From NCBI GenBank assembly GCA_024742695.1, contig JANSXY010000012.1, positions 16,433 through 80,432 on the forward strand: DNA of 64,000 nt, read 5' to 3'. The notes beneath the pieces were generated by a model, which had not been told where the DNA came from, did no database searches, and saw nothing but the letters and a program-made list of their open reading frames with translations. A program made the translations under genes and the position numbers. Shown here one piece after another: positions 36,458 through 46,423 of this stretch; the first letter of the stretch is position 1; each line of letters opens with the position of its first letter. This DNA comes from Paracoccaceae bacterium (lineage in GTDB: Bacteria; Pseudomonadota; Alphaproteobacteria; Rhodobacterales; Rhodobacteraceae).

Positions 36458-37444
36458 TCAGTCCTCCTGCCCGATGAAGGCTTCGTAGGAGCCGTAGGCC
36501 TCGTAGCCGTACTGGCCGTCGTACATCGGTGCGAAGTTGTGTTCCTGCGCCCAGATGAACCAGTTGTCGACCACGGTGCCGGTCAGCAGGATGCCGATGC
36601 CGCCGGTGATCGGGGTGAGAACGGCGAACCACCAGGCCCAGCGATGGATACCCTCCATCGTGGCGTTGAAGCCCATCGTCCAGCGCCAGAACAGCGCCGC
36701 GCGCTCGGACGCGGTGCCGCGGTCGTAGATCTGTTCCAGCTCCCGGTCGCCGCCGAACCGCGTCACCGCGAGGATCGTCGCCCCGTGCATCGCGAACAGC
36801 AGCACCGACCCGTAGAGGAACACGATCGAAAGGCAGTGGAACGGGTTGTAGTAGAGGTTGCCGTAGCGGATCGAGAACGCCGTGGTCCAGTCGAGATGCG
36901 GGAAGATCCCGTAGGGCACCCCTTCCGACCACGATCCCATCAGGATCGGCCGGAACAGGCCCAGCACCAGGAACAGCCAGATCGCCGAGGCGAAGGCCCA
37001 GGCGACGTGCTTGCCCATCTTGTGCTGCTGCGCCAGCAGATAGGTCCGCAGCCACCAGGTGCAGACGCTGACCAGCAGGAAGAAGCTGGCGATGATGTAC
37101 CAGCCGCCGTCATCCAGCGGCGGGATCGACAGGCCGTATTCCGGGCTGGGCGGTTCCAGCGCCAGCCAGAAGCCCTGGCGCAGGAACTCGGGGATCGACC
37201 AGCCGACCTGCGCCAGCATGTTCAGCCCGACGATGTTGAGCGCAAGGATGAAGGTCGCCGCCGAGATCAGCCCGGTCCAGCCCAGGTAGAGCGGGCCGAT
37301 CTGGGCGTTGCCGATCCAGCCCACGAGGGTGGAGAAGAACGGGTTGGCGGTGCGTTCGGCCATCATCTGGCCGTTGTCGTCCATACCCATCTCGGGCGGA
37401 CCCTGGATCTGCACCTGCGTGAAGATGTTCTGATACTCGACCAT
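36458..37444 (-). CDS. pufM: Reaction centre M subunit
   Basis: 328 aa. [21 protein letters not shown], five TM helices, conserved His ligand blocks. Confidence 0.96.
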   Translation of the reverse strand: MVEYQNIFTQVQIQGPPEMGMDDNGQMMAERTANPFFSTLVGWIGNAQIGPLYLGWTGLISAATFILALNIVGLNMLAQVGWSIPEFLRQGFWLALEPPSPEYGLSIPPLDDGGWYIIASFFLLVSVCTWWLRTYLLAQQHKMGKHVAWAFASAIWLFLVLGLFRPILMGSWSEGVPYGIFPHLDWTTAFSIRYGNLYYNPFHCLSIVFLYGSVLLFAMHGATILAVTRFGGDRELEQIYDRGTASERAALFWRWTMGFNATMEGIHRWAWWFAVLTPITGGIGILLTGTVVDNWFIWAQEHNFAPMYDGQYGYEAYGSYEAFIGQED

Positions 37445-37447
37445 GGT

Positions 37448-38287
37448 TCAGATCCCCATTTGGCTGGGCCAGATCGGCAGTTCGAGCCACCAGTTCCACC
37501 ATTCCGGCCAGCCCTTGGTCCAGACCGGGCCGGAGATGATGATGCAGATGGCGCTCCAGAAGCCGGCGTTCAGCGCCAGCAGCAGGCCGACGCGGTGGAT
37601 GCCCAGCGTGCCGACCGAGTAGCCGATGAAATCCCGAAAGAAGGTGTCCTCGTGGTCGGGCGTCTTGGCTTCCTCGCCCTTCTCGGGGTTGGCCGCGCTC
37701 AGGATCAGCCCGCCGTGCAGCGCCAGCGCCAGCGTGGTGGTGAAGAAGAAGGTCACCGCCAGCATGTGCGCCGGGTTGTAGTGGAAATGCAGATAGGCGT
37801 AGCCGGTGTTCGACACCCAGTCGAGATGGCTGAAGATGCCGTAGGGGAAGCCGTGCCCCCAGGCGCCCATCAACAATGGCCGGAACACCACCAGCGTGAC
37901 ATAGGCGAAGATCGCGAAGCTGAAGGCGACCGGCACGTGGTAGCCCATGCCCAGCTTGCGGCAGATCTCCACCTCGCGCAGCGCCCAGCTGACGAAGGCG
38001 CCGATCGCGCAGATCGTGATGATCTGCCACAGCCCGCCCTCCATCAGCGGCGCGAGGCCCAGGCCGTATTTCAGGTCCGGCGGCGCGATGTTGATGAGCC
38101 AGGGGTTGAAGGTTCCCTGCTGCGACGCGCCCCAGAAGATGAGCACGGTTCCCAGGAGGGCGAAGAAAGCTGTCGTGACCCCGAAGAAGCCCACGTAGAA
38201 GGGCCCCACCCAGAAGTCGAACAGATCGCCGCCGATCAGCGTCCCGCCACGGACGCGATACTTCTTTTCAAAGCTGAGCAACGCCAT
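37448..38287 (-). CDS. pufL: Reaction centre L subunit
   Basis: 279 aa from [42 protein letters not shown] lies 8 nt upstream of the ATG at 38287. Confidence 0.96.
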   Translation of the reverse strand: MALLSFEKKYRVRGGTLIGGDLFDFWVGPFYVGFFGVTTAFFALLGTVLIFWGASQQGTFNPWLINIAPPDLKYGLGLAPLMEGGLWQIITICAIGAFVSWALREVEICRKLGMGYHVPVAFSFAIFAYVTLVVFRPLLMGAWGHGFPYGIFSHLDWVSNTGYAYLHFHYNPAHMLAVTFFFTTTLALALHGGLILSAANPEKGEEAKTPDHEDTFFRDFIGYSVGTLGIHRVGLLLALNAGFWSAICIIISGPVWTKGWPEWWNWWLELPIWPSQMGI

Positions 38288-38406
38288 CGTTTTCACTTCC
38301 CGATTTCGGCGGCCCGCCCGCGGTGGTACGCGGCCGTCGGTGGTGTCTGTCGTGATTTGCTACGGGCGAGAACCGGACCGGCGCCCGCCCGCAGCGAGAG
38401 CCCTGG

Positions 38407-38577
38407 TCACTCCGCGACGTAGCTGTGCTTGGCCGCCGCGATCTCGAACCAGTTGTAGCTATCCGTGCTGAGCAGGACGAGGTGAATCATCGCCGCCAGC
38501 AGGAACAGGAACACGCCTTGTGCAACGAAGACGCGCCGCGGATCGAAGATCAGCCAGATCTTGTAGAACTTGCTCAT
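38407..38577 (-). CDS. pufA: Light-harvesting 1 alpha polypeptide
   Basis: Not in the ORF track (56 aa). Hand translation gives [56 protein letters not shown], with the BChl-binding His in AAMIHL. Confidence 0.93.
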   Translation of the reverse strand: MSKFYKIWLIFDPRRVFVAQGVFLFLLAAMIHLVLLSTDSYNWFEIAAAKHSYVAE

Positions 38578-38590
38578 GCCTCAATCCTCC

Positions 38591-38740
38591 TCAGAACCAG
38601 GGGCGCCAGATGAACACCGCCAGATGAGCGATCACGGCGACGGCCGTGAACAGCCAAAGCCCGCTCATGTAGACGGAGTGCAGCTCCTGCGCCTGTTCGT
38701 CGGTTAGACCTGTGAAGGACAGGTCGCTTCTATCAGCCAT
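38591..38740 (-). CDS. pufB: Light-harvesting 1 beta polypeptide
   Basis: 49 aa: [55 protein letters not shown] lies 7 nt upstream. The track buries it at the end of a spurious 260-aa ORF. Confidence 0.93.
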   Translation of the reverse strand: MADRSDLSFTGLTDEQAQELHSVYMSGLWLFTAVAVIAHLAVFIWRPWF

Positions 38741-38853
38741 GAACTTTCCTCCGGAACGTTTGACTGACGCCGCGAAACCCTCGCGACAGGGCCCCCTTGG
38801 GCCAGGGCCCTCGGGAGACTGCCCACCCTTGCGGATGGTCAGGACGGTTCGGC

Positions 38854-39072
38854 CTAGGCCGAGAAGATCAGTGGCACGACCCGCTCGGCCTCGGCCCAGG
38901 CGCGGGCCAGCGGCCCGGCCAGGTTCAGCGTGCCGCGGGCGGCGACGTCGCGCACCCAGTCGACCGCCGCGAACGGCAGGGCCAGCAGGAAGATGACCAC
39001 GAAGTAGAGGATGTACTCGCCGCTGCGCCGGCGACCGGCGCGGGGGCGGGAGCTTTCGTCGATATGGGCCAC
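38854..39072 (-). CDS. pufQ: PufQ (bacteriochlorophyll biosynthesis/assembly factor)
   Basis: 72 aa with one central TM helix ([22 protein letters not shown]) and the ARAW motif. Sits in the conserved bchZ-pufB position. Confidence 0.8.
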   Translation of the reverse strand: MAHIDESSRPRAGRRRSGEYILYFVVIFLLALPFAAVDWVRDVAARGTLNLAGPLARAWAEAERVVPLIFSA

Positions 39073-39087
39073 GGTCGGTCCTCCCTC

Positions 39088-40554
39088 TCAGTTGGGGTTC
39101 GTCGCGCCACCGGGCGCGAGGGTTCGTACGGTTTCCAGCACCACGCGTTCCTCGCCGCGCGCCAGCGCCGCGGTCTCGGCGGCGTCGCGCAGCGATTTCG
39201 CGGCAGAGATCCGGGTCAGCACCGGATGGCTGGCCACGATCCGGTCCAGCTCGGCCTTGGCATCGGCATCCCAGGGGAAATCCCGGCGCATCTGCGTCGG
39301 CGTCGCCGGGGCGGCATCCATCCGCGAGGCCAGCGGCAGGATGTGAAACAGCGCGTCGAACAACCCGTTGCAAACCTCCTGCAACAGGTAGACCGCGCCG
39401 GCATAGCCCATGAACGGCGTGCCGGTCGCGCGCCGGATCGCGGCGCCGGGGAAGCTGGCCGGAATGAAGGCCGGGCGCGGCCCGTGTCCCGCCTCGGTCT
39501 CGGCGAGGTAGATCTTCTCGTTGATGCTGCCCATCAGGATCAGCGGCCGGGTCTCGGCGATCTTCGCGCGGACCACGTCATTGTCGGTCTTGCCGCCGGC
39601 CTTGCGCGCCACCGCGAAGGCGCAGGGCAGGCCCAGGTCCTCCTCGAGGTACAGCCGCACGCCGCGCGCGTAGGTCTCGTTCGCGACGATCCCGAAACTC
39701 GCCGTGCCGAAGAAATCCTGCGTGACCGACCGCCACAGATCCCACAGCGGCTTCAGCGTCGAGTGCTTCTCGCGCGCGATGAACGGTTCGGGGTCAAGCC
39801 CCAGCATCCCGCCCAGCGTGCGCAGGAACTTCGTCGTGCTCTCCACCCCGATCGGGGCCTGCAGGTAGGGCTTGCCCAGCACCTCGGCGAGGCCGCGGCC
39901 GAACTCCCGGTACATCACGACATTCGCGTCGGCATTCACCAGGTGGCGCATCTCGGCCAGGTGCGCGCCAAGCGGCATCACCATGTTGATCTCGGCGCCG
40001 ATCCCCTCCACCAGCCGCCGGATCTCGGCGAGATCGGAGGGCATGTTGAACGTGCCGTACATCGGCCCGAGGATGTTGACGCGCGGCTTCGCGCCCTCGG
40101 GGCGCGGCGCCTCCTTCGGCATCCGGCCCTTGGTCATCCCGAACTCGGTGAAGATCCAGGTCATCGCCCGGTCGGCGGCCTGCCACTGGTCCTCGTCGAT
40201 GGTGCGCGGCAGGAAGCGCTGGATGTTGGTGCCCTGCGGCGTCACGCCGCCGCCGATCATCTCGGCGATCGAGCCGGTGACGACGACCGCCGGCAGCGCC
40301 GGGTCGAGCACCTTCCACGCCCGCCACATCGCGCCCTCGGTGCCGTCGCGGCCCAGTTCCTCCTCGCCCAGCCCGGTCACGACGATCGGCAGTTCGTGCG
40401 GCGGCAGCGCGTCGGTGTAGTGCAGCACCGAGGTCACCGGCAGGTTCTCGCAGCCCACCGGCCCGTCGATCACCACCTGCAAGCCCTTGACGGCGCAGAA
40501 GGCATAGACCGCGCCCCAGTAGCCGCCCGCCCGGTCATGATCCTGGATCAGCAT
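39088..40554 (-). CDS. bchZ: Chlorophyllide a reductase subunit Z
   Basis: 488 aa from [39 protein letters not shown]. Confidence 0.95.
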   Translation of the reverse strand: MLIQDHDRAGGYWGAVYAFCAVKGLQVVIDGPVGCENLPVTSVLHYTDALPPHELPIVVTGLGEEELGRDGTEGAMWRAWKVLDPALPAVVVTGSIAEMIGGGVTPQGTNIQRFLPRTIDEDQWQAADRAMTWIFTEFGMTKGRMPKEAPRPEGAKPRVNILGPMYGTFNMPSDLAEIRRLVEGIGAEINMVMPLGAHLAEMRHLVNADANVVMYREFGRGLAEVLGKPYLQAPIGVESTTKFLRTLGGMLGLDPEPFIAREKHSTLKPLWDLWRSVTQDFFGTASFGIVANETYARGVRLYLEEDLGLPCAFAVARKAGGKTDNDVVRAKIAETRPLILMGSINEKIYLAETEAGHGPRPAFIPASFPGAAIRRATGTPFMGYAGAVYLLQEVCNGLFDALFHILPLASRMDAAPATPTQMRRDFPWDADAKAELDRIVASHPVLTRISAAKSLRDAAETAALARGEERVVLETVRTLAPGGATNPN

Positions 40555-40587
40555 CCCGCACCCCCGATTTTGGTCCGGAAATATCCT

Positions 40588-40637
40588 CGGGGGGCGGCCG
40601 CGCGGCGCGCGGCCGGCGGGGGGCCGGCCGCCCCCCG
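40588..40637 (-). other. Perfect 13-bp all-G/C inverted repeat in the bchY-bchZ spacer
   Basis: CGGGGGGCGGCCG (40588-40600) pairs with CGGCCGCCCCCCG (40625-40637) across a 24-nt loop. A competing local stem GGGGGGC/GCCCCCC (40618-40636) uses the same right arm. Confidence 0.5.
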
Positions 40638-40666
40638 GCCCCCGGGGAGGGTATCGGCGCGGCGGC

Positions 40667-42241
40667 TCATATCCTCTGCTCCGCCTTCGCCGCGCGGGCC
40701 TGCTTGTCCAGCTTCTTCTGGTGCAGCGCGCGGAAATCGGGGCGCAGGTTCGGCGCGCCCTCCCAGATCCCGGCGGTATCGCCGGTGCCGACGCCCTCGA
40801 AGAAATCGCGCATCCGCTCCATCCGCGCACCGTTGGCGATCGCGGCATTGACGATCTCGGCCAGCGCGCCCGCGCCCGCCGGCCCCATCAGCGGCCGGGC
40901 GGAGATCAGGTTGGTGAAGTAAAGCGACGGGATCGCCATTTCCTTGGCCTTCTGCACCACCGGCGTGGTGCCGATCGCGAGGTCGGGGCGCAGCGCCTCG
41001 ACCGCGGCGCAATCGTCCTCGAGCGAGGCGCGGAACCTGACCTTGATGCCGCGCTCCTCCAGCCAGGCCTGGTCGGCGGCGTTCCAGCGGGTGCGCGGGC
41101 AGGCGGTGCCGACATAGGCGAGATCGGCGCCGCTTTCGACCAGCAGCCGCGCGACCAGAAGCTCGCTGCCCTCGTAGCCCGACAGCGTGATCCGGCCGCG
41201 GATCGGCGCGCCGGCCAGCGCGCCGCGGATCGCCGGCAGGATCGCGTTCTGCGCCGCCGCGCAGGCCTCGGCCGGCAGGCCGAAGGCCTCGGCGATGCCC
41301 GCGAGCCACTCCGCCGTGCCGTCCACCCCCACCGGGGCGGAGCCGACGACCGGGCGCCCGGCGTCTTCGAAGACCCGCACGGCGGAGGTATAGAACGGAT
41401 GGATCGCGGCGACCGCGCCGGCATCCAGCGCGGCGTAAAGCTCACGCCACTCGCGCGCCGGCACGACCGGCCCGGCGGCCAGCCCCATCGGCGCCAGCAT
41501 GTGGCCGATCACCATCGGATCGGCGGGGAACATCTCGCCCAGCAGCGCCACCGTCGGCCTGTCGCCCCGGCCACCATCGGGTGCCGCGACCGGGCCGGCC
41601 GCCACCTCGCGTGCGGCATAGGCCAGCATCGCGCCGGCAAGCACGTCCTTGGCCTCGGCATGGGTCGGGATGCCGAAGCCCGGCACGTCGATCCCGACGA
41701 TCCGCACCCCGTCGATCTCGTCCGGCAACAGCCGCAAGGGCACGCCCGAGGCGGTCGGCACGCACAGGTTCGTCACCACGATCGCGTCGTAGCGGGCCGG
41801 GTCGGCCAGGTCGTGCACCGCGGCGCGGATATCCTCGAAGAGCTTGCCGGTGACCAGCGTTTCGGAATTGAACGGCACGTAGCCGACCGAGCGCCGCGCG
41901 CCGTAGAAATGCGACACGAAGGTCAGCCCGTAGACGCAGCAGGCCGAGCCGGACAGCACCGTGGCCACCCGCTTCATCCGCAAGCCCACGCGCAGGCTGC
42001 CGAAGGCCGGGCACATGCTTTGCGGCTTGTCGTGCGGGCCTTGCGGGTAATCCTTCGCGAATTGCTCCAGCAGTTCCGACTGGCCGGCCCTGCGCGCCGC
42101 CGCCGCCATCTCGCCGGTCGCATGGCAACCGGCGGACGCGGCCTCGGCCGCCTGTCCGGCCGGGGAAGCGGCGGACGACGCAGGCTCGGCGGAGATCACC
42201 TCGACCTCCGCGGCCCCGTCGTATCTGACTTCCTCGCTCAT
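40667..42241 (-). CDS. bchY: Chlorophyllide a reductase subunit Y
   Basis: 524 aa, NifD/BchN-like, with [23 protein letters not shown]. Confidence 0.95.
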   Translation of the reverse strand: MSEEVRYDGAAEVEVISAEPASSAASPAGQAAEAASAGCHATGEMAAAARRAGQSELLEQFAKDYPQGPHDKPQSMCPAFGSLRVGLRMKRVATVLSGSACCVYGLTFVSHFYGARRSVGYVPFNSETLVTGKLFEDIRAAVHDLADPARYDAIVVTNLCVPTASGVPLRLLPDEIDGVRIVGIDVPGFGIPTHAEAKDVLAGAMLAYAAREVAAGPVAAPDGGRGDRPTVALLGEMFPADPMVIGHMLAPMGLAAGPVVPAREWRELYAALDAGAVAAIHPFYTSAVRVFEDAGRPVVGSAPVGVDGTAEWLAGIAEAFGLPAEACAAAQNAILPAIRGALAGAPIRGRITLSGYEGSELLVARLLVESGADLAYVGTACPRTRWNAADQAWLEERGIKVRFRASLEDDCAAVEALRPDLAIGTTPVVQKAKEMAIPSLYFTNLISARPLMGPAGAGALAEIVNAAIANGARMERMRDFFEGVGTGDTAGIWEGAPNLRPDFRALHQKKLDKQARAAKAEQRI

Positions 42242-42256
42242 GGCGTCTTCGCCCCG

Positions 42257-43261
42257 CTACGCATCGTCATAGATGACCTCGAGAGAGGCCTTCGGCTTGG
42301 CATGCTTGCCGCGCATGTCGGCATCGCTCGCCGGTTCCAGCACCACGCCGGCCCCGGTGTCGGAGCCGTCGAACAGCCCCAGAAGCTCGTCCTGGCTCAG
42401 CGGCTTCGGGCGGATCGGCGGCGCCTCGGCCACGTTCAGGCCAAGCTCGGCGAACAGCGGGCCCCACTGGCTCTGCATCGTGCCGACGATCTGGTAGTTC
42501 GCGGATTTCTTGCGCAGGTCGTCATCCTGCGGGATCGAGGCCAGCACCGGCACGCCGGCGGCCTCGGCGAAGGCCTGCGCCTCGCCCGAGCCGTCATCCT
42601 TGTTGATCACCAGCCCCGCGACGCCGACATTGCCGCCCAGCTTGCGGAAGTATTCCACGGCCGAGCAGACGTTGTTGGCCACGTAAAGCGATTGCAGGTC
42701 GTTCGAGCCGACCAGGATCACCTTCTGCGCCATGTCCCGCGCGATCGGCAGGCCGAAGCCGCCGCAGACCACGTCGCCAAGGAAATCCAGCAGGACGTAG
42801 TCGAAATCCCAATCGTGAAAGCCCAGCTTTTCAAGCAGTTCGAAGCCGTGGATGATGCCGCGCCCGCCGCAGCCGCGGCCCACTTCCGGCCCGCCCAGTT
42901 CCATCGCGAAGACGCCGCCGCGCTTGAAGCACACGTCGCCGATCGCGACCTCCTCGCCGGCCAGCTTCTTCTTCGTCGAGGTTTCGATGATCGTCGGGCA
43001 GGCCTTGCCGCCGAACAACAGGCTCGTGGTGTCGGATTTCGGATCGCAGCCGATCAGCAGCACGCGCTTGCCCTGCTCGGCCATCACGTGGCTGAGGTTG
43101 GCCAGCGTGAAGGATTTGCCGATCCCGCCCTTGCCGTAGATCGCGATGATCTGGGTCTTCGATGTCGGCGCGCCCTCGGCGGCGATATCGGCGAGATCCT
43201 CGTGCGCCTCGGCGCGCAGCCGTTCGTCGAAGCTGCGCAGGTCGGGGGCTTGATCCTTCAT
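42257..43261 (-). CDS. bchX: Chlorophyllide a reductase iron protein subunit X
   Basis: 334 aa from [11 protein letters not shown]. NifH-like P-loop [14 protein letters not shown] overlap with the bchC stop. Confidence 0.95.
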   Translation of the reverse strand: MKDQAPDLRSFDERLRAEAHEDLADIAAEGAPTSKTQIIAIYGKGGIGKSFTLANLSHVMAEQGKRVLLIGCDPKSDTTSLLFGGKACPTIIETSTKKKLAGEEVAIGDVCFKRGGVFAMELGGPEVGRGCGGRGIIHGFELLEKLGFHDWDFDYVLLDFLGDVVCGGFGLPIARDMAQKVILVGSNDLQSLYVANNVCSAVEYFRKLGGNVGVAGLVINKDDGSGEAQAFAEAAGVPVLASIPQDDDLRKKSANYQIVGTMQSQWGPLFAELGLNVAEAPPIRPKPLSQDELLGLFDGSDTGAGVVLEPASDADMRGKHAKPKASLEVIYDDA

Positions 43262-44199
43262 GACACCGTCTCCCAGTCCAGAACCATCTTCAGGCAGTCC
43301 GGATCCTCGAAGGCCGTCCGGTAGGCCGCCGGCGCATCCGCCGCCGCCGCGCGGTGGGTGATAAGCCCACCCAGGTCCAGCGCGCCGCTGTCGACCAGCG
43401 CGCGCACCGCGGTCAGATCGTCGCGCGCCCATTCCGCGGCGACGCGGATCCGCGCCTCGCGCAGGAAGGCCGGCGGGAAGGCGAAGCTGAGCGGCTGGCT
43501 GTAGAACCCGGCCAGCACGATCTCGCCGCCCTTTGCAAGCCGCGCGATCAGGGCATCCAGCCCGTCGCCGTGTCCCGATGCGTCGTAGATGCAGCGATAG
43601 TCGCGCTTCTCGTCGGTTTCGGGGTCGATCACCGGGTAGCCGCGCGCGCCGGCGCGGCGCGCCGGGTCGATCTCCCACACCGTCGGCGCGGGGGCGCCGG
43701 CGGCCAGCACCAGTCGCGCCAGCAACCGGCCCAGCACGCCGTGGCCGACGATCAGGTCGGGCATCCGCGTGTCGAGCCCGGCCAGCGCGTGCCGCGCCGT
43801 CGCGGCCAGCGCCAGCAGGCAGCCCTCGGCCCCGTCCGCCGCGCCGGTCCGCGCGACGCGGTCGGGTGCGGTGATCAGGTGCCGCGCCGAGCCGCCGAAC
43901 AGGCCACGCGCCTCGCGGTAGCAGTTCGCGCCGGGCACGAACACCGTCTCGCCAGGCGCGAGACCGCTGCCGGGCGCGGTTTCCACCACCCGGCCCACCG
44001 CCTCGTAGCCGGGCACCAGCGGGTAGCCCATGCCCGGAAACGGCGGCATCCGGCCCGACCACAGAAGCTTCTCGGTGCCGGTGGAAATGCCCGAATGCGA
44101 CACCTCGACGACGATGTCGCCGGGGGCCGGATCACGCAGGGCAAGCCGGGCGAGTTCCAGGTCTTCGGGACCGTTTATGCAAACCGCCTGGGTCTTCAC
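43258..44199 (-). CDS. bchC: Bacteriochlorophyllide a dehydrogenase (3-hydroxyethyl oxidation), Zn-ADH family
   Basis: 313 aa. GTG start preceded by [24 protein letters not shown] block. Confidence 0.93.
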   Translation of the reverse strand: MKTQAVCINGPEDLELARLALRDPAPGDIVVEVSHSGISTGTEKLLWSGRMPPFPGMGYPLVPGYEAVGRVVETAPGSGLAPGETVFVPGANCYREARGLFGGSARHLITAPDRVARTGAADGAEGCLLALAATARHALAGLDTRMPDLIVGHGVLGRLLARLVLAAGAPAPTVWEIDPARRAGARGYPVIDPETDEKRDYRCIYDASGHGDGLDALIARLAKGGEIVLAGFYSQPLSFAFPPAFLREARIRVAAEWARDDLTAVRALVDSGALDLGGLITHRAAAADAPAAYRTAFEDPDCLKMVLDWETVS

Positions 44200-44264
44200 G
44201 GTGCATCCTTCCTTCCCAATCCTCCGGTGCCACGGCGAGTCGCCGGCAACCGGGTGCCTTGCTA

Positions 44265-44282
44265 TGTAAGTCTAGCTTAACA
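44265..44282. promoter_or_regulatory. PpsR/CrtJ palindrome (bchC promoter, -10-proximal)
   Basis: TGTAAGTCTAGCTTAACA. Overlaps the putative -10 TAGACT (minus strand, 44274..44269). Confidence 0.85.
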
Positions 44283-44296
44283 GTCTTGACTGTCAA
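44269..44296 (-). promoter_or_regulatory. Putative sigma-70-type bchC promoter (-35 TTGACA, 16 bp spacer, -10 TAGACT)
   Basis: Hexamers read directly on the minus strand. Both are covered by the tandem PpsR sites, and the bchC GTG is about 70 bp downstream. Confidence 0.55.
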
Positions 44297-44308
44297 CTAG
44301 GATAGACA
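44291..44308. promoter_or_regulatory. PpsR/CrtJ palindrome (bchC promoter, -35-proximal)
   Basis: TGTCAACTAGGATAGACA. Its minus-strand reading ends in TTGACA (44296..44291). It is 8 bp from the other palindrome, the classic tandem arrangement. Confidence 0.85.
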
Positions 44309-44327
44309 CTTTCGGTGTCAGGCCCTG

Positions 44328-45440
44328 TCACTTGACAGCGACGACGACCGAAGTGACGTAGCTGCGCCGCGTCGGAACCCGGCGCGCGTGGCGGAAGCCC
44401 GCCGCGCGGCAAAGCGCCGCCACGGTCTCGGCCGAGCGGGTGCGGCCGGTGCCCATCGCCATCGTGTAGAAGGCGAAATAGACGTCGGTGACGGGATCGG
44501 GCCGCGCCCCGCCCGACATCGGCTCGGACACGATCAGCCGCCCGCCTTCGGGCAGCGCCGCGTGGGCGCGGGCCAGCAGCGCCCGCACCGTATCGTCGTC
44601 GTGGTCATAGAGCACCCGCACCAGTGACACCGCATCGGCCCCGACCGGCAGCGCGCCGGCGCGGAACGATCCGGGGCTGAACCGCAGCCGCCCGGCCAGC
44701 GGGCCGCCGGCCAGCCGCGCCTGCGCGGTCGCAAGCACCTCGGGCAGGTCGAAGAGTTCCAGCTCCAGCCCCGGATGGCGCCGCCCGACCCGTTCAAGGA
44801 ACACGCCGGTGCCGCCGCCCACGTCCATCAGCCGCCGCACCCCCTTGAAGGATACCGCCGCCAGCGTGTCCTCGGCCACCAGGCGCTGGCTGTCGGCCAT
44901 CAGCCGCGAATACCGCTCCGCCAGCGCCGGCGCGATCTCGCCGCCGGCGACATAGGGCCAGAACCGGGCCAGCTCGGTCTCGGCCCGGCCCTGCAACAGC
45001 GCGACCGGATCGGCCATGTCACGGTAGAACAGCCCGTGGTGGCGGATCATCTCCATCAGCCCGGGCACGCCGGTCATCGCCGCGCCGCGCCGGGACAGGC
45101 CGAAGCGGTCGCCCCGGCGGCGCAAGAGCCCCAGCGCGGCGCCGGCCTGCAGCAGCGCCGCCATCCGGTCCACCGGAACCCGGTGCCGCAGCGCCAGATC
45201 CCCGGCGGTCGCCGGGCCGGGCATCAGCGCCTCGAAGAGATCCAGTTCCACCAGCGCGAACAGCACCTGGCTTTCGACGAACCCCTGCACGATGCCGAAG
45301 ATCGCCTGCCCGTCGCGCCGGGCGAAGCCGCGCAACCCCGGCACCCGCATCGTGACGGCGTGCAGGCCGGGCCGGGCCAGAAGCCGGTTGAGCCAGCCGC
45401 CGCTTCTGGCGGCGGACTGCGGCAGCGCACCGTCGACCAT
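44328..45440 (-). CDS. crtF: Demethylspheroidene/hydroxyneurosporene O-methyltransferase
   Basis: About 370 aa. SAM motif LMDVGGGTG and a dimerisation-type N-domain. Start taken at MVDGALPQ, 4 nt after the crtE stop. Confidence 0.9.
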   Translation of the reverse strand: MVDGALPQSAARSGGWLNRLLARPGLHAVTMRVPGLRGFARRDGQAIFGIVQGFVESQVLFALVELDLFEALMPGPATAGDLALRHRVPVDRMAALLQAGAALGLLRRRGDRFGLSRRGAAMTGVPGLMEMIRHHGLFYRDMADPVALLQGRAETELARFWPYVAGGEIAPALAERYSRLMADSQRLVAEDTLAAVSFKGVRRLMDVGGGTGVFLERVGRRHPGLELELFDLPEVLATAQARLAGGPLAGRLRFSPGSFRAGALPVGADAVSLVRVLYDHDDDTVRALLARAHAALPEGGRLIVSEPMSGGARPDPVTDVYFAFYTMAMGTGRTRSAETVAALCRAAGFRHARRVPTRRSYVTSVVVAVK

Positions 45441-45444
45441 CGGA

Positions 45445-46329
45445 TCAGACCCGCGCGGCGGCACCGAGGATCGGCGTCAGCCGCTCGGCCTGGGCGCGGA
45501 CCATGTGGGCCAGTTGCGCCTCGCCCGGACAGGCGGGGATCGAGGCGATGGCCCCGGCGAGAATGCTTTTCAGCCGCTCCACCGCGCCGTCCACACCGAA
45601 CTCCGCCACGGCGTTCGGGCGGCCGTGCCGGCTGTCCTGGCCGGCGGGCTTGCCGATCGCGGCCGAGTCGCCCAGTGCGTCGAGCAGGTCGTCAGCGACC
45701 TGGAACGCCTCGCCGATCCGGGCGCCGAGTTCGCCCCAGGGCTCGGCCTCCTGGCCCGCGGCCAGCGCCCCCATCTGGGTCGCGGCGACGAACATCGCCG
45801 CGGTCTTGGACCGGTGATAGGCCGACAGGTCGATCACCGGCTCGCTTTCCCAGCCCTGGCCCGCGCAGATCCCGTGCGGCATGCCGCTGTGACGCGCCAG
45901 CAGCGCGATCAACTCCGCCGCGCGGGCCGGATCGCGCGGCGCAGCGCGGGCCAGCACCTCGAAGGCCATGACGATCAGGCTGTCGCCGGCCAGCACCGCC
46001 AGCGGCTCGGAAAAGGCGCGGTGCAGCGCCGGCTTGCCGCGCCGGGTGTCGGCATCGTCGAAACAGGGCAGATCGTCATGCACGAGGCTCGCGCAGTGCA
46101 TCAGTTCGATCGCGGCGGCGGCGGCATCGGCCAGTTCGGGCCGGTCGTCGCCGCAGGCCAGCGCCACCGACAGGAGGATCCGCGGGCGGATCCGCGCGCC
46201 GCCGGGATGGGTGGCGTAGTGCAGCGCCTCGGCCAGCCGCACCGGCGCCGGCATCGCCCGCCCCCGGTCGATCGCACCCGAGACCGCGGCGTCGATCCGT
46301 GCGCCCAATCCGCTCGCACTGCGTCCCAT
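45445..46329 (-). CDS. crtE: Geranylgeranyl diphosphate synthase
   Basis: 294 aa from MGRSASG (GGGAGG 6 nt upstream). Asp-rich motifs VHDDLPCFDDADTRRG and QVADDLLD. Confidence 0.93.
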   Translation of the reverse strand: MGRSASGLGARIDAAVSGAIDRGRAMPAPVRLAEALHYATHPGGARIRPRILLSVALACGDDRPELADAAAAAIELMHCASLVHDDLPCFDDADTRRGKPALHRAFSEPLAVLAGDSLIVMAFEVLARAAPRDPARAAELIALLARHSGMPHGICAGQGWESEPVIDLSAYHRSKTAAMFVAATQMGALAAGQEAEPWGELGARIGEAFQVADDLLDALGDSAAIGKPAGQDSRHGRPNAVAEFGVDGAVERLKSILAGAIASIPACPGEAQLAHMVRAQAERLTPILGAAARV

Positions 46330-46376
46330 CTCGGCCCTCCCGGCGTCGGCTATGTCAGGTATGGCTTCCACCATAG

Positions 46377-46394
46377 TGTAAATTAGACTGGACA
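46377..46394. promoter_or_regulatory. PpsR/CrtJ palindrome in the crtE/crtD divergent promoter region
   Basis: TGTAAATTAGACTGGACA, 48 bp upstream of the crtE ATG and 30 bp upstream of the crtD ATG. Confidence 0.8.
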
Positions 46395-46423
46395 GTTTCG
46401 CCGCCCGAGTCAACACTCGCGGC

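Noticed and set aside
35325-37055. 576-aa extension of pufC, and similar 5' extensions of lhaA, bchB, bchN, bchM, bchX, bchZ, crtE, hemA, puhE, puhA and bchE ORFs
   Set aside because: The family-typical N-termini, SD sequences and stop/start overlaps with the upstream genes identify internal start codons. The extensions overlap upstream genes.
38591-39373. 260-aa ORF in the track covering pufB, pufQ and the bchZ 3' end
   Set aside because: Only the last 49 codons (pufB) are real. The upstream part is an R/G/P-rich run-on that crosses pufQ and bchZ in the wrong frames.
44316-44337. TGTCA...TGTCAcTTGACA motifs at the crtF stop that look PpsR-like
   Set aside because: The spacings are N6 and N16, not N12. 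They probably reflect half-site-like sequence near the real operator and are not called as sites.
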